Shown: positions 52,128-64,000 of the stretch, piece after piece | Position numbering within the stretch: the first letter of the stretch is position 1 | Layout: every line of letters starts with the position of its first letter | Origin: Cetorhinus maximus | Lineage: Eukaryota | Length of the DNA stretch: 64,000 nucleotides | Assembly (NCBI RefSeq): GCF_964194155.1 | Contig: NC_135901.1 | Location: forward strand, 2,232,001 to 2,296,000 | Direction of reading: 5' to 3' | The notes under the pieces: model-generated | What the model was told of the DNA's origin: nothing | What the model saw: the letters and a program-made list of their open reading frames with translations, nothing else | Database searches by the model: none | Position numbers and translations under genes: made by a program

Positions 52128-53222
52128 ATGGAGAAACCGTGGAAGTGTAGGGACTGTGGGAAGGGATTCCAGAACCCATCTGCACTGGAAAATCATCGAC
52201 GCAGTCACACCAGGGAGAGACCATTCACCTGCCCTGTTTGTGGGAAGGGATTCACTCTCTCAGGCAACCTGCAGATACACCAGCGAATTCACACCGGGAA
52301 GAGACCATTCACCTGCTCTGAGTGTGGGAAGGGATTCACTCAGTCATCTTCCCTGCAGAGACACCAGCGAGTTCATACTGGGCAGAGGCCGTTCACCTGC
52401 TCTGATTGTGGGAAGGCATTTACTCAGTTATCCAGCCTGCTGACACACCAGCGACTTCACACTGGGGAGCGGCCATTCACCTGCTCCGAGTGTGGGAAGG
52501 AATTCACTCAGTCATCCGCCCTGTGGATACACCAGCGAGTTCACACTGGGCAGAGGCCGTTCACCTGCTCTGACTGTGGGAAGGCATTTATTCAGTTATC
52601 CAGCCTGCTGACACACCAGCGAGTTCACACTGGGGAGAGGCCATTCACCTGCTCTGACTGTGGGAAAGGATTCACTCAGTCATCCAGCCTACTGACACAC
52701 CAGCGACTTCATACCGGGGAGAGACCTTTCACTTGCTCTGAGTGTGGGAAGGGATTCAATCAGTCAACTAACTTGCTGACCCACTGGCGAGTTCACACAG
52801 GGGAGAGGCCGTTCACCTGCTCCAAGTGTAGGAAGGGATTCACTCATTTATCCACCCTGCGGAGACACCAGCGAGTTCACACTGGGGAGAGGCCGTTCAC
52901 CTGCTCCAAGTGTGGGAAGGGATTCACTCAGTCAACCGCCCTGCAGGCACATCAGCGAGTTCACACCGGGGAGAGACCATTCACCTGCTCTGAGTGTGGG
53001 AAGGGATTCAGTGATTCATCCCACCTGCTGATGCACCAGCGAATTCACACTGGGGAGAGGCCGTTCACCTGCTGTAACTGCGCGAAGAGATTCAGACTTT
53101 CATCCACCCTGCTGAAGCACCAGCAAGTGCATGCTGAGGAGAGGCCATTCACCTGCTCCGCTTGTGGGAAGGGATTCACTCAGTCATCCAACTTGATGAG
53201 ACACCAGCGAGTTCACAGATGA
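52128..53222 (+). CDS. C2H2 zinc-finger protein, 13 fingers, 364 aa
   Basis: [10 protein letters not shown]... intact frame. Confidence 0.9.
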   Translation: MEKPWKCRDCGKGFQNPSALENHRRSHTRERPFTCPVCGKGFTLSGNLQIHQRIHTGKRPFTCSECGKGFTQSSSLQRHQRVHTGQRPFTCSDCGKAFTQLSSLLTHQRLHTGERPFTCSECGKEFTQSSALWIHQRVHTGQRPFTCSDCGKAFIQLSSLLTHQRVHTGERPFTCSDCGKGFTQSSSLLTHQRLHTGERPFTCSECGKGFNQSTNLLTHWRVHTGERPFTCSKCRKGFTHLSTLRRHQRVHTGERPFTCSKCGKGFTQSTALQAHQRVHTGERPFTCSECGKGFSDSSHLLMHQRIHTGERPFTCCNCAKRFRLSSTLLKHQQVHAEERPFTCSACGKGFTQSSNLMRHQRVHR

Positions 53223-55879
53223 TTGCAGGGATTCCGCTGTTATTGCTGTTGTTAATCACATCCAGGACTGAACCATGTTCATTCTGACTGTTGGTGAAGT
53301 GGGAGGGTCAGAGGGCTTCTTTCCGCTGGGCTGGCTGGTCTCACGGCTTTGCTTCCAGTGAGCTGATGCTCTTTGAGCCTGGGAGTGCACATTCCCACTG
53401 AAATGAGCCACAAAGCTGATTAAGTACATTCATTATATCCTAAATAGTAATAGTGTTTTTCCTACCACTACAGATAGATCACAAATAAATACATTTGTCT
53501 CTGTTCCATTGAGTCTACAGCACGGGGCCAGGCCAGTCGACTCAATTGGTCTATGTCAGTATTTATGCTCCACATGAGCCTCCGCTTCATCTCCCTCCAT
53601 CAGCATATCTTTCTATTCCTATCTCCCTCGTGTATGTATCTAACCTCTGCTTAAATGTTTTCATGTTTTTCACCTCCACCACTCGCTGTGGGAGCAAGTT
53701 CCACATTCTCACCACTCACTGGGTAAAGAGGTTTGTCATGAAATCCCTATTGGATTATTGAATCCCTTCATAATCTTAAAGACTCCCACCAGGTCACCCT
53801 TCAGTCTTCTCTCTTTTTTCTGAAAAGTGTCAGTGAAGAAAATGCTTTCGGTTCTGATATTGTTCTTTTTCTAAATGGAGATCACTAATGTTGACAGTAC
53901 TCCCAGTTAGTCTAACCAAACAAGTTGAACAGAAACTCCTTGCTTTTCAAATTCTATCCCTCTATAATGGAACCCTACATATGGACCATACATTAAAGGA
54001 AAGATGTGAATTCTTTGAGAGGCTGGAGACAGGATTTATGAGAACGGCACCAGGGGTGAGGGACTTCAGTTAGTTGGAGAGACTGGAGTAGATGAAATTG
54101 CTCTCTTTAGATCATAGAATTATGCATTCGGCCCATCAATTGCATGCCAGCTCTCCAGAGTGAATCAGTTAGTTCCATTGCCCCGTTCCATCCTCACGTC
54201 CCTATAGGTTTATTTGTCCACCCAATTATCCCCGCTTCTCTTACCCTCGAGTGGAAGCAGATTCCAGGTCATGACCACTCACTTTAAATGCCTACGAGGC
54301 TCACAGAGCAAAGAGGGAGGCCATTATGCCCATCATGCTCATGGTGGCTCTTTGAAAAACAACCCAATTAATCCAGTCGCCCTGCAGTTTTCTTTTCCTT
54401 TCAAGAATCTGTCCAGATCCCTTTTTAAAGATAGAAGTGAATCTGCTTCTCGCACCATTTTCAGGCAGTGCATTCCAAATCACAACAACTTGCTGTGTTT
54501 TAAAACAAATAATTCAGGATATTGTGTGTTTGAAGTTTCACATAGTATTCAAAATGGTGGCAAAGATGTGGTTATTACACAAAATTAAGGTTCTGACGAG
54601 GGGATTGTGTGTAATATATCCAATTTTCTGGACAATTACGAAACAATACATTTCCATAGCACCTCTCAGGACCACAGGACCTCTTAAAGTGTTCTGCAGC
54701 CAATGAAGTAGTTTTGAAGTTTCATCATTGTAATGTATGAAACTATAGACAGGGCGGGGTAGTCAAATTTCATTTTAAAATTCAATCACTTTCATCCTCT
54801 ATTCACTGTTATAAGTAACAAGGTCAAGGAAGCCATTTTAAACTCTTAACATGTGGCTTCTTGAAACTTTTGCACATTGTATAACTTTTCTTTATTAAAT
54901 ACCTATTGGTTTTGTATTAATAGCCAGCCATGAACCAGATGATTATTCAGTAATGAACCTTGAATAAGTTACCACTTCGTGAATCAATGTAATAGATAAT
55001 TATATTATAACGGGTGCATCTGCATTTTAAAAATGAACACCATATAAACTTATTTTTTCTAGGAACTGCAGAGCTAGCAGAAATTGTTTAAACAAATAAA
55101 TTATTTTCTAATTTTGATAAGCTATAGGACATCATATTCTGCCAAAATCTAGTTTAAGAATAAGGCTCATGTTTAATCCAATCAAGATTAGTAAAAAATA
55201 AAGCTATTGTTTTCCATAATCTGTTGTTTTGAACCACTGTATCTTGTATTAACCAAATGTATTAATTAAATATTACTGTATTAATTAACTATCAGTCAGT
55301 AACAGATGTTTAAGTAGTGAGCCTTAATTGAGTTACAATTAATGAATCAATAATGAATCAGTAGTTATAGTAAAAGACTGAGTTTTATTCACTGTAAAGA
55401 TGTGAAACCTTCATTGCTGTGTATGTAAAGAATGTGCAATGAAGATAAATGTACTGGCAAGAGAGACCTTCAAGCTCTGATTAGCCTCAACATTTGAAAC
55501 TGTCTGAAAACCTGTCATTGTATAGAATCAGATAAAGGGATAGTATGAAACCGTTCTATTGTATTCCTGTCAAAGATAATGAGAGAAGGTCGTGTAAGTA
55601 ATTGTGAATACAATTAATCTAGCAACTAAATTGACCAATTGTCATGTTACAACAAGCCCCACTCTGATGTGAGGTAATGGTCACTTTGGGGATAAAAGTA
55701 GAGGTTCCAAAGGTCTTCCTTGCTAGCCAAGTACTGAAGATTCCCAAGGCTGAGTTCCAAGGAAATTACTGTCAAAGAAGGAGCCAGGGAGGGTGACGCT
55801 TCTACGGACTGATCACCCACATGAAGTTGTAAAAGTTAATGTCTTAAAATCGTTAAGTAAACCTTTATCTTATAATGTC

Positions 55880-56190
55880 TGGGGGAGGCAATGGTGTAGT
55901 GGTATTGTTGCTGGACTAGTAATCCAGAGACCCAGGGTAATGCTTTGGGGACCAGGGTTCAAATCCCACCATGGCAGATGATGGAATTTGAATTCAATAG
56001 GAATGAGATTAAAAGGCTGATGATGACTCATGAAACCATTGTCAGGGAAGGAAATATGCGGCCCTTACCTGGTCTGGCCTACATGTGACTCCAGACTCTT
56101 AAATGCCCCTCTGAACAAGGGCAATTAGGGATGGGCAATAAATGCTGGCCTAGCCAGCGACGCCAAATCCCATGAATGAATAAAAAAAGT
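55880..56190 (+). mobile_element. tRNA-derived SINE with LINE-derived tail
   Basis: tggtgtagtgg A box, gggttcaaatccc B box, and tail agggatgggcaataaatgctggc..poly(A). Related minus-strand copies at about 6530-6775 and 38250-38565. Confidence 0.8.
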
Positions 56191-56344
56191 TTTTTTTTTA
56201 AGTTTACTATCCAGAGAAGTCTGCCTTTGCCTTAATTGGTTAAAATCTTGTTTGGACCAAAGTGAATTTATTAAGTGGCAAGCTGAAATCAATTAAGTTA
56301 CAGATCGCAAGATCATATAATATAAATCTTAAATTTAAGATATT

Positions 56345-56795
56345 ACATTTATATAGCGTCTTTCACAACCACAATACATCACAAAACGCTTTGCAGCCAA
56401 TGAAGTACTTTTGAAGTGTAGTCACTGTCGTAAAGTTGGAAACATGGCAGCCAGTTTACACACAGCAAGATCCCACAAACATCAATGTGATAATGAGCAG
56501 ATGATCTGTTTTTAGTGATGTTGATTGATAAATATTGGCTGGGACACCTGGGATAGCTCCCCTGCTCTTCTTCGAAATATTGGCCATGGGAACTTCCATC
56601 TCCGCCCAAAGGGGCAGACAGGGCCCTTGAGTTAGCAACTCATCCAAAGAACAGCAGCTCCAACAGTGCAGCACTCCCTCAGTGCTCGCACTTGGAATAT
56701 TGACTTTGCTTTTTGTCCTCAGGTCCCTGGAGTGAGTCTTCAGCCCTCAGCCTTCTAACTCAGAGATATGAGTGTGATCCACTAAGCCATGGCTG
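56345..56795 (-). mobile_element. SacSINE1/DeuSINE-like SINE, near full length
   Basis: Minus strand tRNA-like head, gagggagtgctgcactg, Deu-like core, and tail acttcattggctg..gtgaaagacgctatataaat. Confidence 0.75.
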
Positions 56796-59150
56796 ACAGT
56801 ATAGACAATACAAAGTTAGAAAGGGAAAGTTATCCTTTAAATTCCCCACATTTTGCCTCTAGTGCCTAAATCTAATAATCAAAACTCCAATATAAATAAC
56901 ATGTATTTGACTGACAAATGTTAGTGTTGGCTTACAGCCACAAGTTTTGAACTCCCATTTGAGCCTCTGGCTCCTTTCTGTCTCTTGCTCATGTCAATGA
57001 TGGAGCTGAGGGCTGAATTTAGCTGAGAATAACAGGGTCTGCATCGCATTTAAGAAATTGCCATGGGTATTGACTAACACGAAGATGCTGGAAGGCTAAC
57101 TGGGAAGTGGGCCTCCAACCAATTGGGGAAGGAGTGGGGGGCGACCGGGGCTGATAGTGACGTGACCCCTGGGGTTCAGTTCCCCTGTGACCAAAGCGGG
57201 GAGTGATGGGAACAGCGTACAGAGGAGCTGTAGAGAAACCATTTGGGTCCAGAACATTGTGCACATCCTTTTACTCTGGTTGTCTTTGATCCTTAAGTAA
57301 TTTTCTTCTTTTTAACCGTGTTATGTTTCCTGAATAAACTCTTATCAGAAAAAAATATTTGATTTTGCTGGGCTTTACATGATTAGATTTATGCACTTTA
57401 GGGAGAGTGGCAGGCTCTTTAACAGAAAATGAGTCCCTCTAAGGTAAAGGAGCCACAGGGGGAGATGAGATTTTATTTTTGACACAGCGATGTTAGAAAA
57501 TGGGGTTCAGGGAGTTAGTTAACCTTTTGTCCCCCTTTCCCAAACTCTTAAATGATTCACAGTGATAACACTTATTGGTGACAGTGGCTAGATATTATTC
57601 AACTAAGAGCTGACACTTGCTCATGTCTGAGCAGTAGTATCAAAGTGCAGCAGCATTACCATTGCACTCTGGATAGAAGCGCAATCTCCACTTAAATGCT
57701 CCATGGTATGTCCCAGACGCCATGGTTCCCACATAGAACCATAGAAAAGTTATAGCACAGAAGGAGACCATTCGGCCCATCTTGTCCATGCCAGCCCGAG
57801 GACACCCAGCAAGTCATTTCTTCTCAGGTTCGGGGAGATTTGATAGAGGTGTACAAGATTATGACAAGTTTACATAAAGTGGACAAAGAAAAGCTGTTCC
57901 CATTAACTGATGGTACAAGAACTGGGGGACACGGATTTAAGCTTTTGGGGAGGAGATGCAGGGGGATGTGAGGAAGAATATTTTACACAGTGAGTGGGAA
58001 TGACCTGGAACTCACTGCTTATAAGGGCAGTGGAAAAGGAGACAATGAATAATTTCAAAAGGAAATTGGTTGGACACTTGAGGGAAATAAACATTCAGGG
58101 TAACAGGGATAGAACAGGGCAATGGGACAGATTAGTTTGCTCTGTCGAGTCGACATAGACTCGATGGACTGAATGGCCTCCTTCTCTGCCCTAATGACTC
58201 TGTGATCGAAAGACAGAAATTTCAGCTGCTCCCGTCTCTCCAACTAACTGAAGACCCTTATCTCTGGTGCATTCTCACGATTCTCCTCTGCGTCCTCTCG
58301 CATAATTTCACATCTTGTCTAAAGTGCGGGGCTCAGTTGTCGGGTTCCTTTCTAGAGGTACAGAATTGAAAAGCAGGGAGGTTATGTTCAACTTGTTTCA
58401 AACCGTGGTTAGACTACACTGGGAGGACTGTTAACATTTTTGATCTCCATTTAGAAAAGGGAAATAGAGGCACTGGAGAAGTGGCAACAAATATTCACAA
58501 GAATAATACCAGAAATGAGAGCATTTCAACCCTCGCGAAAGTCTGGGGCTGCTTTTCTCTAGAAAAGAGAAGACTGAAGGGTGACCTGGTGGGAGTCTTT
58601 AAGATTATGAAGGGGTTCAATAATCCAATGGGGATTTCATGAGAAACCTCTTTATCCAGTGAGTGGTGAGAATGTGGAACTCGCTATCACAGTGAGTGGT
58701 GGTGGTGAACAGCATGAATACATTTAAGGAGAAGCTAAATACAAACAAGAGGGAGAAAGGAATAGAAGGATATGCTGATGGGGGAGATGAAGAGGGGTGG
58801 GTGGAGGCTCACGTGGAGCACAAATACTGACATATACCAATGGAGCCGACTGGCCTGGCCATGTGCTGTAGACTCAATGGGAGAAAAACAAATTTATTTA
58901 TTTTAGATCAACCTGGTAGGAACAACACTATTTACTATCCAGGATAATTAAATGTACTTCATCAGCTTTTGTGGATCATTTCAGTGGAAATGTACTCTCC
59001 CACATTCAAAGAGCATCAGCCCACTGGAAGCAAAGTCATGAGACTGACCAGTTCATCAGAAAGAAACCCTCTGGCCCTACCAACTTTCAGAATGAACATG
59101 GTTCAGTTCTGGATATGATTAACAGCAGCAATAGCAGCAGGATCCAACCT

Positions 59151-59994
<844 letters not shown>

Positions 59995-60552
59995 GGTGCA
60001 GGTGTCCTTGTGTTTCTTCAGGTTATTCCACAGTCAGTACACTGGAAAATTCTCATTTGGGTGCGTGTGTCTCGATGCTTTTCCAGTCACACTGATGTTG
60101 AAAACTTTTTGAAGCTGACAGAATAGACAAACATTTCTCCTTCTAGATTCAAAGGCTGATGATATTCAGCTCCCATGAATTGAGTGACTGTCAGATCTTG
60201 ACGTGACTTTTGTATTGCGATTTCTGTTTGCAAATCCTCCCCTTCTAATATCCTGTAAAAGGAGTTCACACATCCCATCAGTCTAGGATAAAAATTCAGA
60301 ACAGACAATTCTAATTTCTAAGGAACATTCTTCCCTCCTATGCTCCAAAATGTGTAAATCTCCATCCCACACACTCTCCCTCCTTTCTAACTCTGCATTA
60401 CCTAATGTACACCCTCCCAATTCTCCTGAATGTGGCAAATCATGCTAATTGACAGTTCCACACTCACCACTTCCTGTTCTGGACACGGAGGCATGAAAAT
60501 CTATCACAGGACTAAAAATGTGCGTAATATTCAGTACTCCAATACTGATATA

Positions 60553-61292
60553 GAGATACTGTACTATATTGTGGAGCTGGAGATAGAGTACTCTATTGCT
60601 GAGTGATACAGTGCTCTACTACTGAGTTAGAGATACAGTACTCTATTACTGAGCTAGAGATACAATACTCTGAAGCTGAGTTACAGATACAGTACCCTAA
60701 AGCTGAGTTAGAGAGACAGTACTCTGATGCTGAGTTACAGATACAATACTCTGATGCTGAGTTACAGATACAGTACTCTGATGCTGAGTTACAGATACAG
60801 TACTCTGATGCTGAGTTACAGATACAGTACTCTGATGCTGAGTTACAGATACAGTACTCTGATGCTGAGTTACAGATACAGTACTCTGATGCTGAGTTAC
60901 AGATACAGTACTCTGATGCTGAGTTACAGATACAGTACTCTGCTGCTGAGCTAGAGATACAGTACTCTGATGCTGAGTTACAGATACAGTACTCTGATGC
61001 TGAGTTACAGATACAATACTCTGATGCTGAGTTACAGATACAGTACTCTGATGCTGATTTACAGATACAGTACTCTGATGCTGAGTTACAGATACAGTAC
61101 TCTGATGCTGAGCTAGAGATACAGTACTCTGATGCTGAGCTAGAGATACAGTACTCTGATGCTGAGTTACAGATACAGTACTCTGATGCTGAGTTACAGA
61201 TACAGTACTCTGATGCTGAGTTACAGATACAGTACTCTGATGCTGAGCTAGAGATACAGTACTCTGATGCTGAGTTACAGATACAGTACTCT
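60553..61292. repeat. 27-bp minisatellite, about 27 units
   Basis: Unit gatacagtactctgatgctgagttaca repeated in tandem. Confidence 0.97.
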
Positions 61293-61458
61293 TAGATTTA
61301 CTTGGAACTTGCTGCCTACGATGCTGGTAGAAGCAGATATTAACAATGATTTGAGGATGAAATTAGTAGGCATTTGCAGGAAATAAACTTGCAAGACTAT
61401 GAGAATCTACAGGGTGAATGGGACTGCCTGGATTGCTTTATGGAGAGTGAGTGAGGAC

Positions 61459-61864
61459 TAAGCTTGCCAACTGTGATGAAATGTATTCCTGGAGGTTTCA
61501 CCGCATGATTTACCTCCACGTTCCAGCTGTTAATCAACCAACACAGCCAACCTTGTGCCGCACTGCCTTCCTACACCAATTGGAAAGCAAAAAGACTCAT
61601 TACCCACTTGGATGATACTCAACTGTCAGCCAAGCAGCCTTCCACACCCTCCCCAGCCGCCCACCACCCCACCTCCATCCCCACACACATTTTCAATATT
61701 TTTATATCTGGCAAAGTGAAATGTTCTAAGAAAATTACAAAAAAAAAACAATCTTTATTAATTTCCTGATGAATTTTCTCCAGGGTTGCACGCAGCAGTG
61801 AATTGGCGAATGGTCTTCAATTCCTGGAGACTCCAGGCTAATCTTGGAGAGTTGGCATGGACTA
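61459..61864. mobile_element. Probable non-autonomous DNA transposon (hAT-like MITE)
   Basis: Imperfect terminal inverted repeats ..ttgccaact / agttggca.., with ggacta on both flanks; it interrupts a CR1 tail. Confidence 0.5.
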
Positions 61865-62289
61865 AAGTCGCTGAATGCCAAAATGACTCTATGGTTGGAA
61901 ATATAAAATGCTACCACCACATATATTACAAGAATAGAAATAATAATAAATGTACATGATTAAAGAATCATAAATAATATCTCTAATATGTATCATATAA
62001 CAACACTCGACATAACACTTCCAATATTAATTTACTGTCCCTTAAATGCCAGCCATCTCCTGGGGAAACCATCCCCTTAATTATGAACATTAAGGAAGAG
62101 ACCATCCTTTTAGCCAGACAAATAAATGTGTCGAGCTGAGGGAGCAAAGGATGTCAATGTCTTTAAGAGAGAGAGACCTGGGCCAACCTTTCCAGAGTCT
62201 GCACCCTCCCTGGATTCAATTCCTTTCCCTTCAGTTCCTGCAAGTCAACAATTTAAACTCAGAATTAGAAAAGAAATGGAAAGGGGGAG

Positions 62290-62670
62290 AAAATAAAGTG
62301 TTTTACGCACAGATGTTGGACACAGGAGGAAGTTTTCGTCTCTGTGAAGCTCAAGCGCTGGAGACACAAAGCCTGCGCTCTGATTGGCTAGAGCAACAGA
62401 GTACTTCTGGTCCTCCAAGTCTTCCCATTGGTCAACATCTCAACTTAATGGTCATGTTGGGGAGAGCAGGGGCACTCCTCCGCACATGCGCAGCTTCTCT
62501 CTCCCTTGGACATGCGCAGTCCCGGGTCGCCCGCCGTGTGGCGGATAGAGCGGTTTCACCAACGCGGAGGATTGTGGGAGCTATAGCTGCCATTACTCAT
62601 ACAGATCCCAATCTCCAAGCTCTTCAGAGCTGGATGAAATGTGGGGGTGGGGGGGCGCACTGACCCCACA
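62290..62670 (-). promoter_or_regulatory. CpG-rich promoter and exon 1 of the minus-strand ZNF copy (type-1, inverted paralog of 3.3-3.7 kb)
   Basis: Two catgcgca sites, attgg boxes, and ZNF143-like gctatagctcccacaatcctccgcg on the minus strand at 62563-62588. Confidence 0.7.
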
Positions 62671-63139
62671 CTGACAGAAAGTATATGTGGGTAGTTACTG
62701 TATTTTATTGTAACACCCCCTTAGCCAATCAGTTTGTTAACTTCAAGCGTAAGGATATAGATTTAAATACAAGCAGAAAATGCTGGAGATATGCAGGCCT
62801 TGGCTATTAAAGAAAAATATTCCACGTGCTTTTTTAACCACCATATCTACCTGTGCTGTTACCTTCAGGGATCTGTAGGCAAACACTCCAGGGTCCTTCT
62901 GTTCCTCTACATTTCTCACTATTCTACCATTTGTTCTGTATTCCCTTGCCTTGTTAGCCTTCCCCAAATTAATTACCTCAAACTTCTCTGGGATTGAACT
63001 CGGGGTTTCCCTCCTTAAACCTTTCCACCCCTCTAAATCAATGTCAGTACTGAGAGAATGCTGCACTGTCGGAGGTTCTGTATTTTGAATGAGAGGTTAA
63101 ACTGGGGTCCCATCTGCCCTCTCATAGGTACATAATATA

Positions 63140-64000
63140 TTTACAGCAGAGAAGGCCATTCGGTCCATCATGTCTGTGGCAGCCAAAAAAGAACAACCCA
63201 GTCTAACACCACCTTTCAGCTCCTGGTCTGTATCCCTGTAGGTTACATCACCTCAAGTTCATATCCAAGATTTTTTTAAAAATTGTGATGAGGATTTCTG
63301 CACCTACCAACCTTTCAGGCAGGGAGTTCCAAACCTCCACCACCTTCTGGGTGAAAAAATTACTCAACTCCCCTCTAATCCTTCCAGCAATGACTGTAAA
63401 TCAATGCTTCCTGGTTACTGGCCTCTCTGCTATGGGAAATATCCACTCCATGTGGGCCCCTCAGAAATACATATGAAATCGATTAAATCTTCCTTCAGCC
63501 TCTTCTGTTTCAAAGGAAAATAACCCAGCCTCTCCAATCCATCCTCGTTGTTAAAATTCTCCATTCTTGGTAACATCATCATAAATGTCCTCTGTACCCT
63601 CTCTGGTGCGATCACACTCTTCCTGGAATATGGTAACCAGAACTGTACGCAGTACTCCAGCTGTGGTCTAACTAGTGTTTTATACAATTCCAGCATAAGC
63701 TCCCTGCTCTTATATTCTAGGCCTCGGTTATTAAAGAAAAGTATCCACTGTGCTTTCTTAACCACCTTATCTATCTGTGCTGCTACCTTCAGGGATGGTC
63801 GGACATAAACTCCAAGGTCCCTCTGTTCCTCTACATTTTTCACTATCCTACCATATATTGTGGTAAATCCATTGCCTTGTTAGCCTTCACCAAATTCATT
63901 ACCTCACTCTTCTCCGGGCTTGAATTCCATTTGTCACTTCTCTGCCCACCTGACCAGTCCATTGATATCTTCCTGTAGTCTAAAGCTTTCTTCCTCACTA
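63140..64000 (-). mobile_element. CR1 3' fragment
   Basis: EEQRDLGV..LVRPQLEYCVQFW on the minus strand. Confidence 0.85.

Noticed and set aside
4986-53222. Specific gene symbols such as ZNF239 or ZNF229
   Set aside because: Similarity would be generic to C2H2 repeats; orthology cannot be supported.
60603-61295. 230-aa repeat ORF, or a CRISPR-like array
   Set aside because: Pure tandem 27-bp repeat without spacers, antisense within an intron; the ORF is a by-product.

Overview
Eukaryotic, repeat-rich vertebrate DNA, most likely from a cartilaginous fish (SacSINE1-like SINEs, CR1 LINEs, Penelope-like elements). The window is a cluster of paralogous C2H2 zinc-finger (ZNF) genes with no visible KRAB, SCAN or BTB domain. 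Six finger arrays are intact (7, 7, 7, 12, 13 and 13 fingers) and at least five copies are pseudogenes or remnants. The genes are mostly arranged head-to-head around duplicated CpG-rich promoters carrying NRF1-, ETS-, CCAAT- and ZNF143-like motifs. They share short upstream exons, a leader of about three decayed fingers with shared stop codons, a start ATG at the linker glycine position, and a conserved 3' UTR. Between them lie CR1, Penelope-like (with hammerhead-like motifs), Copia, Gypsy, SINE and MITE fragments, a 27-bp minisatellite and several templated duplications. Repeat family names and boundaries were read by eye and are approximate.
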